In this document: piece after piece, positions 30,100 to 39,943 of the stretch | Layout of the letters: each line of letters starts with the position of its first letter | Numbering within the stretch: the stretch's first letter is position 1 | Assembly: GCA_963806225.1 (NCBI GenBank) | Contig: CAWDXG010000004.1 | Location: forward strand, 1,024,001 to 1,088,000 | Source: an uncultured delta proteobacterium | Lineage (GTDB): Bacteria > Myxococcota_A > Polyangia > Polyangiales > Polyangiaceae | Reading direction: 5' to 3' | Length of the DNA: 64,000 nucleotides | Notes under the pieces: model-generated | The model's input: the letters and a program-made list of their open reading frames with translations, nothing else | Databases searched by the model: none | Told to the model about the DNA's origin: nothing | Program-made: the position numbers and the translations under genes

Positions 30100-31467
30100 A
30101 TGCCTGGTTTCCAGAAACAAACCGCCCGCCAGCGGCGGCTCGACAAGCTCAACGCCGCGGCGCCGCCCCACGGGAGGATCGAGCACGAGGGCAGCGTGCC
30201 GTTCGGGCCCGCGCTGACCGTCGAGCGCTTCCGGCTCGAAAACGGCCTCTCGATCCTGCTGTGCGAGGATCACTCGGCTCCGGTGGTCGCGTACCACACC
30301 TGGTTCGCCGTCGGCTCGCGCCACGAGCACGAGGGCAAGACTGGCCTGGCGCATCTGTTCGAGCACCTGATGTTCAACGAGACCGAGCACCTTGCCGCCG
30401 GTGAGTTCGACCGCAAGCTCGAGCAGGCCGGCGCGGAAAGCAACGCTGCCACCTGGCTCGACTGGACGCAGTACAACGTCGCCGTCCCCAAGCAGCAGCT
30501 GGGCGTGGTGATCGAGCTGGAAGCGGAACGCATGGCGCATCTGGTGCTGCGCGAGCCGCAGGTCGAAAGCGAGAAGGAGGTCGTCGCCAACGAGCGTCGC
30601 TACCGCGTCGATGACGACGTGGAGGGCGCAGCCAGCGAGCAGCTCTGGGCCACGGCCTTCACCCGGCACGCCTACCGCTGGCCGACCATCGGCTGGATGA
30701 AGGACATCGAGGGCTTCTCGACCGACGACTGTCAGGCGTTCTACCGGACCTACTACGCGCCCAACAACGCAACCGTCGTCGTGGTCGGCGACATGTCCGA
30801 AGCAGCGGCCCTGCGCCGCATCATGCACGCCTACGGCTCGCGTCCCGCCGTGGAGCTTCCGCTCGAGGACGTGGTGCCCGAACCGCCGCAGACCTCCGAG
30901 CGGCGGTTCGAGCTCGCAAAGCCCACTGCGAGCGACAAGCTGCTGGTCGGCTACCACAGCCCTGCCCTGGGCGATTTCGACTATCCCGCGCTCTCGCTGC
31001 TCGGCGAAGTGCTGTTCGGCGGCCGCGCCAGCCGCATGCACCAGCGTCTGATCCACGAGCTGGAGCTGGCCACGGAAGTGCGCTCGTTCGTCGGGCCCTT
31101 CCGCGACCCCGGCCTCACGGAGATCTACGCCTCGGCGCGCGGCAGCCACCGCGCGGAGGAGCTGCTCGAGGTCATCGACCGCGAACTCGAGCGGGTACGC
31201 GAGGAGCCGATCCCGCTCGCGGAGCTCGAGCGCGCGCGAGCCCGGCTGGAGTTGGGCCTCCTGGCAAGCCTGGATTCCGTCGACGGCAAGGCGTCGACCA
31301 TCGGCTTCTACGACACCGTGCTCGGGCGGCCCGCCGCAGCGTTCGAGCGACTCCAAGCCACGGCGCGCATCAGCGCAGGTGACCTCAGACGCGTGGCCCG
31401 GCGCTATCTCGTACCCGAGCGCCGGACGGTGGGCTGCGTTCGGCCGCAGAAGGCGAGCGGCACATGA
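30100..31467 (+). CDS. M16 family zinc peptidase, catalytic subunit
   Basis: HXXEH (HLFEH), NAAT, VANERR, YYAPNN. Confidence 0.9.
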   Translation: MPGFQKQTARQRRLDKLNAAAPPHGRIEHEGSVPFGPALTVERFRLENGLSILLCEDHSAPVVAYHTWFAVGSRHEHEGKTGLAHLFEHLMFNETEHLAAGEFDRKLEQAGAESNAATWLDWTQYNVAVPKQQLGVVIELEAERMAHLVLREPQVESEKEVVANERRYRVDDDVEGAASEQLWATAFTRHAYRWPTIGWMKDIEGFSTDDCQAFYRTYYAPNNATVVVVGDMSEAAALRRIMHAYGSRPAVELPLEDVVPEPPQTSERRFELAKPTASDKLLVGYHSPALGDFDYPALSLLGEVLFGGRASRMHQRLIHELELATEVRSFVGPFRDPGLTEIYASARGSHRAEELLEVIDRELERVREEPIPLAELERARARLELGLLASLDSVDGKASTIGFYDTVLGRPAAAFERLQATARISAGDLRRVARRYLVPERRTVGCVRPQKASGT

Positions 31468-32786
31468 GCAGCGACAGCACCCAGCGCATCCAGTCGAAGC
31501 GGGGCCCGCTGCTGCTCGTCGAGACGAGCCGGGCGCTGCCCCTGGTGTCCATCAGCGTGGCGCTCCGCACCGGCGCCATCGAGGACCCCGCGGGCAAGGA
31601 AGGCCTCTCACGCATTACCGCCCGGCTCATGCGCAGGACCGGCGGCGGCCTGGAGCCGCAACAGCTCGACACGCGTATCGACACGCTCGGCGGATCGCTC
31701 GGCGCGGAAATCTCCCAGAGCACACTCACCTTCCACGGCACGGTGATCCGCCGTTCCCTCGATCCGTTCGTCGACCTGTACACCGACGTCCTCACCCGAC
31801 CGGGCTTTTCCGCGGACGAGCTCGCCCGACTCCAGCGCGAGACGGAGGGCGAGCTTGTCGAGCTGAGGGACAACGACCGCGCGCTGGCACGGCGCTGGTT
31901 CCGCAAGAAGCTGTACGACGGACACGGCTACGGGCGATCCGTGAGCGGCACGCTCGATACCGTGCGCGGGATCGGGCGGGATGACGTGCAGGCGCTCTAC
32001 CGCCGCACGTTCTGCCCGGACAACCTCGTCTTCGCGTTCGCGGGCGACATCGACGCCGGCGTCGCGGAGGCCGTGGCTGGACGCATGATGTCGTCGCTCG
32101 GCGCGGGGGAGCGCCGACGTGACACGCTGCCCGATCCCGACATGCTGCCGGGCCGCCGCCTGGTCGTCGTGGACAAGCCCGAGCGCAGCCAGACGCAGAT
32201 CATGATCGGCGGCCTGGGGACGGATCCCCACGACGAGGACCACCTGGCGCTGCACGTGGCCAACACCGTCTTCGGCGGCACCTTCACCGCGCGCATGACG
32301 GAAGAGATCCGCTCCAAGCGCGGCTGGTCGTACGGCGCCTACTCCAGCCTGCCATACGATCGGCACCGCCGCAGCTTCAGCATGTGGACCTTCCCCAAGG
32401 CAAGCGACGCGGCAGCATGTGTCGCGCTCGAGCTCGAGATGCTCGCCAAGTGGCGCGACAAGGGCATCACCAAACGCGAGCTATCCTGGGCCAAGCGCTA
32501 TCTGTCGCGCTCACACGCCTTCTCGCTGGACACCGCGTCCAAGCGCGTCGGCCTCGCGCTGGACGAGGAGCTGTACGAGCTGCCGGCCGGCTACCACTCG
32601 GAGTACGTCGAGCGCATCGGGGCCATCACGCTGGACGAGGCCAACCAGGCCGTGCGCCGCCGCATCCCGAGCGACGACCTCTTGATCGTCGTCGTCGGCA
32701 CCGCGTCGGAGATCGGTGACGCCGTGCGCGAGGTCATTCCGAACCTCGCGAGCACCGAGATCGTGCCGTTCGATCGCGACGCTTGA
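31464..32786 (+). CDS. M16 family peptidase, non-catalytic partner
   Basis: M16 fold lacking HXXEH; R-Y pair in IRSKRGWSY; overlaps the upstream gene. Confidence 0.88.
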   Translation: MSSDSTQRIQSKRGPLLLVETSRALPLVSISVALRTGAIEDPAGKEGLSRITARLMRRTGGGLEPQQLDTRIDTLGGSLGAEISQSTLTFHGTVIRRSLDPFVDLYTDVLTRPGFSADELARLQRETEGELVELRDNDRALARRWFRKKLYDGHGYGRSVSGTLDTVRGIGRDDVQALYRRTFCPDNLVFAFAGDIDAGVAEAVAGRMMSSLGAGERRRDTLPDPDMLPGRRLVVVDKPERSQTQIMIGGLGTDPHDEDHLALHVANTVFGGTFTARMTEEIRSKRGWSYGAYSSLPYDRHRRSFSMWTFPKASDAAACVALELEMLAKWRDKGITKRELSWAKRYLSRSHAFSLDTASKRVGLALDEELYELPAGYHSEYVERIGAITLDEANQAVRRRIPSDDLLIVVVGTASEIGDAVREVIPNLASTEIVPFDRDA

Positions 32787-32808
32787 TCGGGAGGCTCGAG
32801 GTTTCCGC

Positions 32809-33426
32809 CTAGAGCCAACCCATCAGGCCGAAGTTCAAGAGGCCGATATTGCGGTAGTTCTGGTCGACGTCCCCACGCCCGCCGGTGCGTTTGCCCACCA
32901 TCGTGATGTCCAGCGTGGGCCCGAGCAGGAAGGCGAAGTGATTCACGGGCGAGATCACGAACATGCCCTGGGCCGAGAACGCCAGGCCCCACTCGCCTCC
33001 CGGGCCCGGGGCATCCATGTTGTCGTAGGTGACGCCGCCCCGGATCCAGAAGCCGACCGCCCGGCTGAACATCCAGCAGTAGCCGACGCGCGGCGCGAGC
33101 AGAAAGGCGGAGTTGTCGCGACGGCTGTCACCCGAGTACGTCGCGAACGCCACCGAGCCGCCGATGCTCAGCCCGTGGATAGGGAAATAGTCGAACGACA
33201 GGCGCGGGATCTCGTACAGATCCATCGGCGGGCGCCAAAACAGCCCGAAGTCGGTCGTGTCCGTCGCGCGGTCTCCCCCCGTGTGCTCGTGGTGCAGGCT
33301 GAGCCCGAACAGTCGATCCGCGCCGAACGCGGCCGTGCCCTGCGACGCGAACCGCTCCTGCGCCCTTGCCGGCGCTGCGCCGAGCACTCCCGCCGCCACC
33401 ACCACTGCCGCTAGCGTCTTGTGCAT
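32809..33426 (-). CDS. Outer-membrane beta-barrel protein
   Basis: Signal peptide (ARA|QE), amphipathic strands (APRVGY), C-terminal GLMGWL. Confidence 0.7.
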   Translation of the reverse strand: MHKTLAAVVVAAGVLGAAPARAQERFASQGTAAFGADRLFGLSLHHEHTGGDRATDTTDFGLFWRPPMDLYEIPRLSFDYFPIHGLSIGGSVAFATYSGDSRRDNSAFLLAPRVGYCWMFSRAVGFWIRGGVTYDNMDAPGPGGEWGLAFSAQGMFVISPVNHFAFLLGPTLDITMVGKRTGGRGDVDQNYRNIGLLNFGLMGWL

Positions 33427-33525
33427 CGTGCTTCCTCCGTTGTCTGCAGTTTCCACATAGAGCCCGCCCGGAACCCTACGCTACCAGAGCCCGGCGACCG
33501 CCGGCCCCGGCAGAGTGTGTGCCGC

Positions 33526-35247
33526 TCACGCCAGACCCACGTGACCGGCGATCGCATCGGCGATCGCCTGGCCAGCGTCCCGCGCGCTGTCCTCGCGACT
33601 GGCCACGATGTCGCCCGCTGCGAGCTCGACGCGCAGATCCACGTAGATCTTCAACTTGGGCTCGGTACCGCTCGGACGCACCAGCACGCGGCTCTCTCCC
33701 TCGAGCTCGAGCGCGATCAAGCTGGTGTCCGGCAGCCAGCGCGGCCGCTCCCCTCCCCCGCTCCGGTAGTCGACCGAGCCCACAACCTTGTGCCCAGCCA
33801 GCTCTGCGGGGAGCTCCGCGCCGAGCTTCTGCATGGCCTGGGCGATCTCGCCCTGCCCTTCGGTGCCCGGACGTACGATGCTCTTCTGCAGGCTGATCCA
33901 CAGACCGTACTTCCTGTACAGCGCCTCCAGCCGCTCGAGCACGCTCACGCCCTCGGCTCGACAGCGCGCGGCCAGGTCCGAAAACAGCACAGCCGCACTG
34001 ATGCCGTCCTTGTCCCGCACGATGTGGCCGACCGAATAACCGAGCGCTTCCTCGTAGCCGAACACGTAGCGCACGCCTCCGGCGTGTTCGAGATCGAGCG
34101 CTGCGTTCCAGATCCATTTGAAGCCGGTGAGCGTCTGCTCGAATGCTGCGCCGCGCGAACGGGCGATCGCGCCGAGCATGGGTGACGAGACGATGCTGGA
34201 GATGACGAGGGGCGTCGGACGCGCCGCGGCGTGCTCGAGCACGAAATCGGAGAGAAGCAGGCCGACCTGGTTGCCGGTGAGCTGCACCCAGCGTCCGGTG
34301 ACCGTGGGAACGCAGATGGCGAGACGATCCGCGTCGGGATCGTTCGCGATCACGAGCTCGGCCTTCTCCTGGTCGGCGAGCGCCTTCGCCAGATCGAGCG
34401 CGCCGGGCTCTTCTGGATTGGGGAAGCGCACGGTCGGGAAGCGACCATCCGGCTCCGCCTGCTCCGGCACGACCGTCACGCGCTTGTAGCCCGCGTGCGC
34501 GAGCGCCTGCTGGGCAAAACGCCAGCCCACGCCGTGCATCGGCGTGTACACGATGCCGAAGTCGGCATCGGCGGGGCCCTTGGGGCGGATGGCGTCGAGC
34601 TCCATCAGGTAGCGCTCGAACAGGGAGTCGGGGACGCGCTCGACGCGGTCGCTCCTGCCCTGCATCGCGCCTGCGAGGAGCGGCACGTCCTTGGCCGCGC
34701 CGACCTGTTCGATGAAGTGTGCGATGCGGCTGTCGACCGGCGCGATGATCTGCGCGGCGTTCGGCGCGTAGACCTTGTAGCCGTTGTACTCGGGCGGGTT
34801 GTGGCTGGCTGTGATGACCACCGCCGCAATCGCCGCGAGCTGGCGCGCGGCGTAGGCCACAACCGGCGTCGGCACCGGCGAGTCGAAGTAGCGCACCGTG
34901 AGCCCCGCCGCGGCCAGCACGCCCACGGTGTCGTCGGCGAACTGCCGGCTGGTGGTGCGGCCGTCGTAGCCGACAACCACGGGCAGACTGCGCGCATCGG
35001 GAAGCGTGAGCAGATAGTCGGCGAGCCCGCGCGTGGTCCGGAGGATCACCGCCCGGTTCATCCGGTTGATGCCGGCGCCTACGATGCCGCGCAGCCCGGC
35101 CGTGCCGAACTCGAGCGGTGCGTGCATGCGCTCGGATAGCTCGTCCGTGTCGCCGCGCTCGATGATCGCCTCGAGCTCCGCCCGCGTTTCCGGATCCGGA
35201 TCGCCCGCGGCCCAGGCCCGGGCCTTGTCCACCAGTTCGTCGCTCAT
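33526..35247 (-). CDS. Phosphomannomutase/phosphoglucomutase
   Basis: FGTAGLRG, TASHNP, NDPDADR, GYEE, RPSGTEPKLK. Confidence 0.95.
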   Translation of the reverse strand: MSDELVDKARAWAAGDPDPETRAELEAIIERGDTDELSERMHAPLEFGTAGLRGIVGAGINRMNRAVILRTTRGLADYLLTLPDARSLPVVVGYDGRTTSRQFADDTVGVLAAAGLTVRYFDSPVPTPVVAYAARQLAAIAAVVITASHNPPEYNGYKVYAPNAAQIIAPVDSRIAHFIEQVGAAKDVPLLAGAMQGRSDRVERVPDSLFERYLMELDAIRPKGPADADFGIVYTPMHGVGWRFAQQALAHAGYKRVTVVPEQAEPDGRFPTVRFPNPEEPGALDLAKALADQEKAELVIANDPDADRLAICVPTVTGRWVQLTGNQVGLLLSDFVLEHAAARPTPLVISSIVSSPMLGAIARSRGAAFEQTLTGFKWIWNAALDLEHAGGVRYVFGYEEALGYSVGHIVRDKDGISAAVLFSDLAARCRAEGVSVLERLEALYRKYGLWISLQKSIVRPGTEGQGEIAQAMQKLGAELPAELAGHKVVGSVDYRSGGGERPRWLPDTSLIALELEGESRVLVRPSGTEPKLKIYVDLRVELAAGDIVASREDSARDAGQAIADAIAGHVGLA

Positions 35248-35418
35248 CAGGGGCAGGATACGTCAGCCAACGCGGCTTGGGGCCGCTCGCGGGTTTCCGG
35301 TCCGCCGACCGGGCCGGGCATGGCTTCCCCCTCCTGAGACGGCGGAGCCGGCGATTTGGAGGGGGCGGCCGCCCGCAGCCACCTGGGGCGGCGAGGACCG
35401 GCCGGGGGGAGGCAGCCC

Positions 35419-36822
35419 CTAGTTCTGCTTCTTCAACGCCTTGGCCAGGGCCTCGGCCAGGGAGGTGTCGTAGCTCCCCGATGCGAAATGCTCGTCGGCG
35501 AGCACTTGCCTGAGGAAGGCGAGATTCGTCGCGCGCGGGCCCTTGGGCCCCATCAGCACGAGACGCGTGGCGGCCAGCGCCTTGTCGAGCCGCGCGATGG
35601 CCTCCGCCCGATTGGCACCGTGGGCAACAACCTTGGCAATCATCGGATCGTAGAACGGGGTCACGTCGCCGCCCTCCACAACGCCGGTGTCGACGCGCAC
35701 GCCGGGCAGACCCTCCGGCCAGACGAGCTCGTCGATGTGACCGGGCTGCGGCACGAACATCTTCGACGGGTCCTCGGCGTAGACGCGGCCCTCGACGGCG
35801 TGCCCGTTCAGGGTCGGCTCGAGCGCAGCGGCGGGGATGGCTTCGCCGGCAGCGACGCGGAGCTGCAACTCGACCAGGTCGAGACCGGTGACGAGCTCTG
35901 TGACGGGATGCTCGACCTGCAGCCGCGCGTTGACCTCGAGGAAGTAGAGCGAGCCGTCGGCGTCGGCGACGAACTCGACGGTGCCGGCGCCGACGTAGCC
36001 GACCTTCTCCACGACGCGCAGGGCGTCCTCCCACAACTTGCGGCGGCGCGCTCCGCCCTCCTCGCCCTGGAAGAACGCGGCGGGCGACGGCGACTCCTCG
36101 ATGATCTTCTGGTGGCGGCGCTGCACGCTGCACTCGCGCTCGCCGTAGGCAACGCTGTTGCCGTGGCTGTCGCGGAAGATCTGCACCTCGATGTGGCGCG
36201 GGTGCGTGAGGTACTTCTCGATGTAGACGCGGCCGTCGCCGAAGGCGGACTTGCCGCGGTCGGCACAGGTTCGCGCGGCGCGCTCGAGCTTGGACTCGTC
36301 GTCGACGACCTGCATGCCGATGCCGCCGCCGCCACCGGCGGTCTTGATCAGGACGGGCAGACCGATACGATCGGCTTCGGAGCGGAGCTTCTCGACGTTG
36401 TCGGGCTCGATGGGACCGGGGCTGCCGGGCGGCGGCGCGACGCCGACGGAGCGAGCGACTTCGCGTGCCTTGATCTTGTCGCCGAAGGCTTCGAGCGCTT
36501 CGGGAGGCGGACCGATGAAGGTTGCCCCTGCTTTCGCGACGGCCTCGGCGAAGGCGCGGTTTTCGCTGAGCAGGCCGTAGCCGGGATGCACGGCGTCGGC
36601 GCCGGTGTGCTCGATGGCGGCGACGACGGCGGCGACGTTCAGGTAGCTGTCCTTGACGGGCGGCGGACCGAGCCGGATGGCCTCGTCCGCGGCGGCGACG
36701 TGGGGCGCGGTGACGTCGGCGTCGGAAAACACGGCGACCGTCTTCAGGCCCATCCGCTCGCAGGTGCGAAGCACGCGGCAGGCGATTTCTCCTCGGTTGG
36801 CGACCAGGACTTTCTTGAACAC
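35419..36822 (-). CDS. Biotin carboxylase subunit of an acyl-CoA carboxylase (no biotin-carrier domain)
   Basis: ANRGEIA, HPGYG.LSEN, GGGGIGM, ERECSVQRRHQK, EVNARLQVEHPVTE. Start placed at the GTG at 36822. Confidence 0.9.
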   Translation of the reverse strand: MFKKVLVANRGEIACRVLRTCERMGLKTVAVFSDADVTAPHVAAADEAIRLGPPPVKDSYLNVAAVVAAIEHTGADAVHPGYGLLSENRAFAEAVAKAGATFIGPPPEALEAFGDKIKAREVARSVGVAPPPGSPGPIEPDNVEKLRSEADRIGLPVLIKTAGGGGGIGMQVVDDESKLERAARTCADRGKSAFGDGRVYIEKYLTHPRHIEVQIFRDSHGNSVAYGERECSVQRRHQKIIEESPSPAAFFQGEEGGARRRKLWEDALRVVEKVGYVGAGTVEFVADADGSLYFLEVNARLQVEHPVTELVTGLDLVELQLRVAAGEAIPAAALEPTLNGHAVEGRVYAEDPSKMFVPQPGHIDELVWPEGLPGVRVDTGVVEGGDVTPFYDPMIAKVVAHGANRAEAIARLDKALAATRLVLMGPKGPRATNLAFLRQVLADEHFASGSYDTSLAEALAKALKKQN

Positions 36823-36873
36823 GGGGGGATACTTCGCGGACGAGACATCCCTCGTCAAGGGGGCGCTCGCTCT

Positions 36874-36945
36874 GGGCTCCGGAGGGCTGCCGGCTACGTG
36901 GGGCCCCCCTTCGGCCCCCACTCCGCCGACAGCCCTCCGGAGCCC
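36874..36945. repeat. Long intergenic hairpin (REP-like)
   Basis: Perfect 16-bp inverted repeat GGGCTCCGGAGGGCTG (36874-89) / CAGCCCTCCGGAGCCC (36930-45) with further inner pairing. Confidence 0.8.
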
Positions 36946-37054
36946 GGCGCTCGCTTGGGCCTTGTGTGTCGACCAGCCGCGCCGGTGTGGACGGCGCGCC
37001 CGGCGCTCGCTTGGGCCTTGTGTGTCGACCAGCCGCGCCGGTGTGGACGGCGCG
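36942..37054. repeat. 56-bp exact tandem duplication
   Basis: GCCCGGCGCTCGCTTGGGCCTTGTGTGTCGACCAGCCGCGCCGGTGTGGACGGCGC at 36942 and 36998. Confidence 0.9.
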
Positions 37055-37060
37055 AGTCGG

Positions 37061-38223
37061 CTACTGCGCGGCGGGGATTTTCTGAGCGCTAGTTGGCCGC
37101 AGGCGGCGGAGACGTCGTCGCCGCGGCGGGTGCGGACGAAGCAGCTGAGGCCGAACTGGGCGAGCTCCTCGCGGAAGGCTTCGACGCGGTCGTCGGGCGA
37201 AGCGCCGAGCGCAGAGGCCTCGATGCTGTTCATTGGGATGAGGTTCACCTTCACGCGCAGGCCCTTGAGCAGCTTCGCGAGCTTCGTCGCGTGCTCGACG
37301 CTGTCGTTCTGTCCCGCGATGAGCGTGTACTCGATGGTGATGCGGCGGCGCTGCGGCAGCGGATAGCGGCGCAGCGCCTCGACCAGCCGCTCGACGGGGT
37401 AGCTCTTGTTCATCGGCACGATGCGGTCGCGCGTTTCGTTGTCGGGCGCGTGCAGGCTGACGGCGAGGCCGATGCGGCCGCCGAAATCCTCGCCGAGGCG
37501 CGCGATGCCGGGCACAAGCCCGACCGTGCTGACGGTGATGCGGCGCAGACCCATGCCGAAGCCGTCGGCGTGCGAGATGAGCCGGATGGCACGCGCGGTC
37601 TCGTCGTAGTGATGGAGCGGCTCGCCCATGCCCATGAAGACGAGATTGCGCAGGTCCTCGTTCGGCTCCAGGTACCGGCGCGCCATCTGCACCTGCGCGA
37701 CGATCTCCGCGGCGCCGAGGCCGCGCACAAGCCCGGCCTGACCGCTGGCGCAGAACACGCAGCCCATGGCGCAGCCGTACTGCGTGGAGATGCAGAGCGT
37801 GACCCGCTGGCGCGCGGGCTCGTCCTCTTCCTCGTCGTCGACCGCGGCGGCAGCGTCGGCGTCCTCCGGGGGCGCGCCGTCATCGCGTCTGGTCATCGGG
37901 ATGATCACGCACTCGACGCGCGCGCCGCCCGAGAGCTCGAGCAGCAGCTTGCGCGTGCCGTCGGCGGCGCGATGCACGTGCGCGACCGTGGCGGGCTCGG
38001 CCAGGCCGGCTTCGGCGAGCCGCTCGCGCAAGGGCGCGGGCAGATCGGTCATCTGGGCGGGGTCCATCACGCCGCGGTGGTGGATCCAGCGGAAGATCTG
38101 CCGCGCGCGGAAGCTCCGCTCGCCCATTTCCGCAACCACGCTCTGCCACTCTTCGGGCAGGCGCGCGACCGGGTGCAGCTCGGCGGGGCCGAGGTCGCGG
38201 GTCTTCGTCGCGTCCGGCGTCAT
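37061..38223 (-). CDS. rlmN: Radical SAM rRNA/tRNA methyltransferase RlmN, probable 1-nt indel near the 3' end
   Basis: CAMGCVFC, MGMGEP, SLHAP, AACGQL. Restoring one base near 37086 gives ...GQLAL-Q-KIPAAQ-stop (TAG at 37061-63). Confidence 0.9.
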
Positions 38224-39065
38224 GACTCGAGCTTCTTCGCCTCGTCCCAATAGCCGTCCATCTCCTCGAGCGGCACGCCGCCGGACGGCTTGCCGTCCTT
38301 GCCGCGCGGCCAACCGCCGTGGCACTCCTTGACGCGCTGCTCGACGTGACCGAAGCGCGCGCTGAAGCGATCGGCTGTGGCGCGCAGCGCCATCTCGGCG
38401 TCGACGCCGTGGTGGCGCGCGAGGTTCACCAGCGCGAACAGCAGATCGCCGAGCTCGTGCTCGACGCGCGCCTTGTCGCCTCCTTCGAGGGCCTCGTCCA
38501 GCTCGTCGAGCTCCTCGGCGACCTTGGCGCGCGAGCCGCGCCCGTCAGGCCAGTCGAAGCCCACGCGGCTGACCTTGTCGCCGATGCGCTGCGCGCGGTA
38601 GAGCGCGGGCAGCGAGCGCGGCACCCCGTCGAGCAAGGGGCGGTCCTTCTTCTCGTTCGCCTTGATGGTCTCCCAGTTACGGAGCACCTCGTCGCTGCCG
38701 CTGACCTCGACGTTGTCGAAGACGTGCGGATGGCGGCGCACTAGCTTGTCGACGATGCCGCGCACCACGTCATCCGGGCCGAAGCTGCCCTCGTCGCGCG
38801 CAAGCTCGGAGAGGAACACGACCTGCAGCGCTAGATCGCCAAGTTCCTCTTTCAGATGCTCGCGGTCGTCGGAGTCGATGGCGTCGATGACCTCGCAGGC
38901 CTCCTCGAGGACGTAGCGGCGCAGCGACCGGAAATCCTGCTCGCGGTCCCAGGGGCAGCCGTCGGGCGCCAGCAGGCGCTGCATCAGCGCAACCAGGCTG
39001 GGAAAGGTGTGGCCGCGCTGCTCGTCGAGCGGATGCTCGTCGGGGATGTCGAACGGGCGTGACAT
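38220..39065 (-). CDS. mazG: Nucleoside triphosphate pyrophosphohydrolase MazG
   Basis: GCPWDREQ, EE..E, EELGDL, RRHPHVF, VGFDW, second ELGDLLF. Confidence 0.95.
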   Translation of the reverse strand: MSRPFDIPDEHPLDEQRGHTFPSLVALMQRLLAPDGCPWDREQDFRSLRRYVLEEACEVIDAIDSDDREHLKEELGDLALQVVFLSELARDEGSFGPDDVVRGIVDKLVRRHPHVFDNVEVSGSDEVLRNWETIKANEKKDRPLLDGVPRSLPALYRAQRIGDKVSRVGFDWPDGRGSRAKVAEELDELDEALEGGDKARVEHELGDLLFALVNLARHHGVDAEMALRATADRFSARFGHVEQRVKECHGGWPRGKDGKPSGGVPLEEMDGYWDEAKKLES

Positions 39066-39137
39066 GGCGCGTTGACCTAGCACGTCGGGGCAGCGCCGTC
39101 CTGGCGCGAGCGCCTCTGTCCGTCTAGCCTCCCCGGC

Positions 39138-39924
39138 ATGGACACGAGCTCACCGCTGCTCACGCGCCGCGACGGACCCGTCGCCACCCTCACCCTCGCC
39201 CGCCCGGGCACCCGGAACGCGCTGAACCGCGAGCTCGTCCGCGCTCTCGGCGCGGCGCTGGCCGAGGTCGCCGCCGACCCGGATGTGCGCGCGGTAGTGC
39301 TGACCGGCTCCGGCGAGAGCTTCTGCTCGGGCGCGGATTCTGAAGAGCGCGATGGTCGAGAGCCAGGACGTCGACATGGCCGAGCGCATCGACGAGTTCC
39401 ACGCGATCATCAAGACGATCACCCACGCACCGAAGCCGTTCATCGCCGCGATCGACGGCGCGGCCGTCGGCTTCGGCGCGGACCTCGCGTTGGCCTGTGA
39501 CCTCCGGGTGATGTCGAACCGCGGCTACCTACAGGAAAAGTTCGTGAAGATCGGCCTGATGCCCGACGGCGGGGGCAGCTTCTGGCTGCCGCGGCTGGTC
39601 GGGCTCGGACGGGCGCTCGAGTTCTTGATGCTGGGCACGAAGATCGAAGCGGCGCTGGCACTGGAGCTGGGGCTCGTCAACCGCGTGGTGGTGCCCGAGG
39701 AGCTGGACAAGAGCGCCGCGGCGCTGGCGAGCGAGCTCGCCAACGGCCCGCCGCTCGCGCTCACCGCGATAAAGACCGCCGTGCGCGAGAGCGCCATCGG
39801 CGGCATCGACGAGGCCCTCGCCCGCGAGAAAGCGGGTCAGGTGAACCTGCTGGCCTCGCAGGACCTGATGGAAGGCGTGATGGCCTGGGCGCAGCGCCGG
39901 GCTCCGGAGTTCAAGGGCAAGTAG
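39138..39924 (+). CDS. Enoyl-CoA hydratase/isomerase family protein, frameshifted near 39338
   Basis: RNAL, FCSGAD in one frame; KPFIAAIDGAAVGFG, IGLMPDGG in the next. Removing one T gives GAD-LKSAMVE. Confidence 0.85.
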
Positions 39925-39943
39925 CGGCGCTTGGGGGATTCTA

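Noticed and set aside
31464..32786. M16 protein lacking HXXEH as a novel pseudo-enzyme
   Set aside because: Active plus inactive M16B heterodimer pairs are well known.
35419..38325. Apparent 968-aa RlmN-biotin carboxylase fusion
   Set aside because: The linker is translated repeat and hairpin DNA. One missing base near 37086 restores a normal RlmN stop at 37061, and the carboxylase has its own GTG start.
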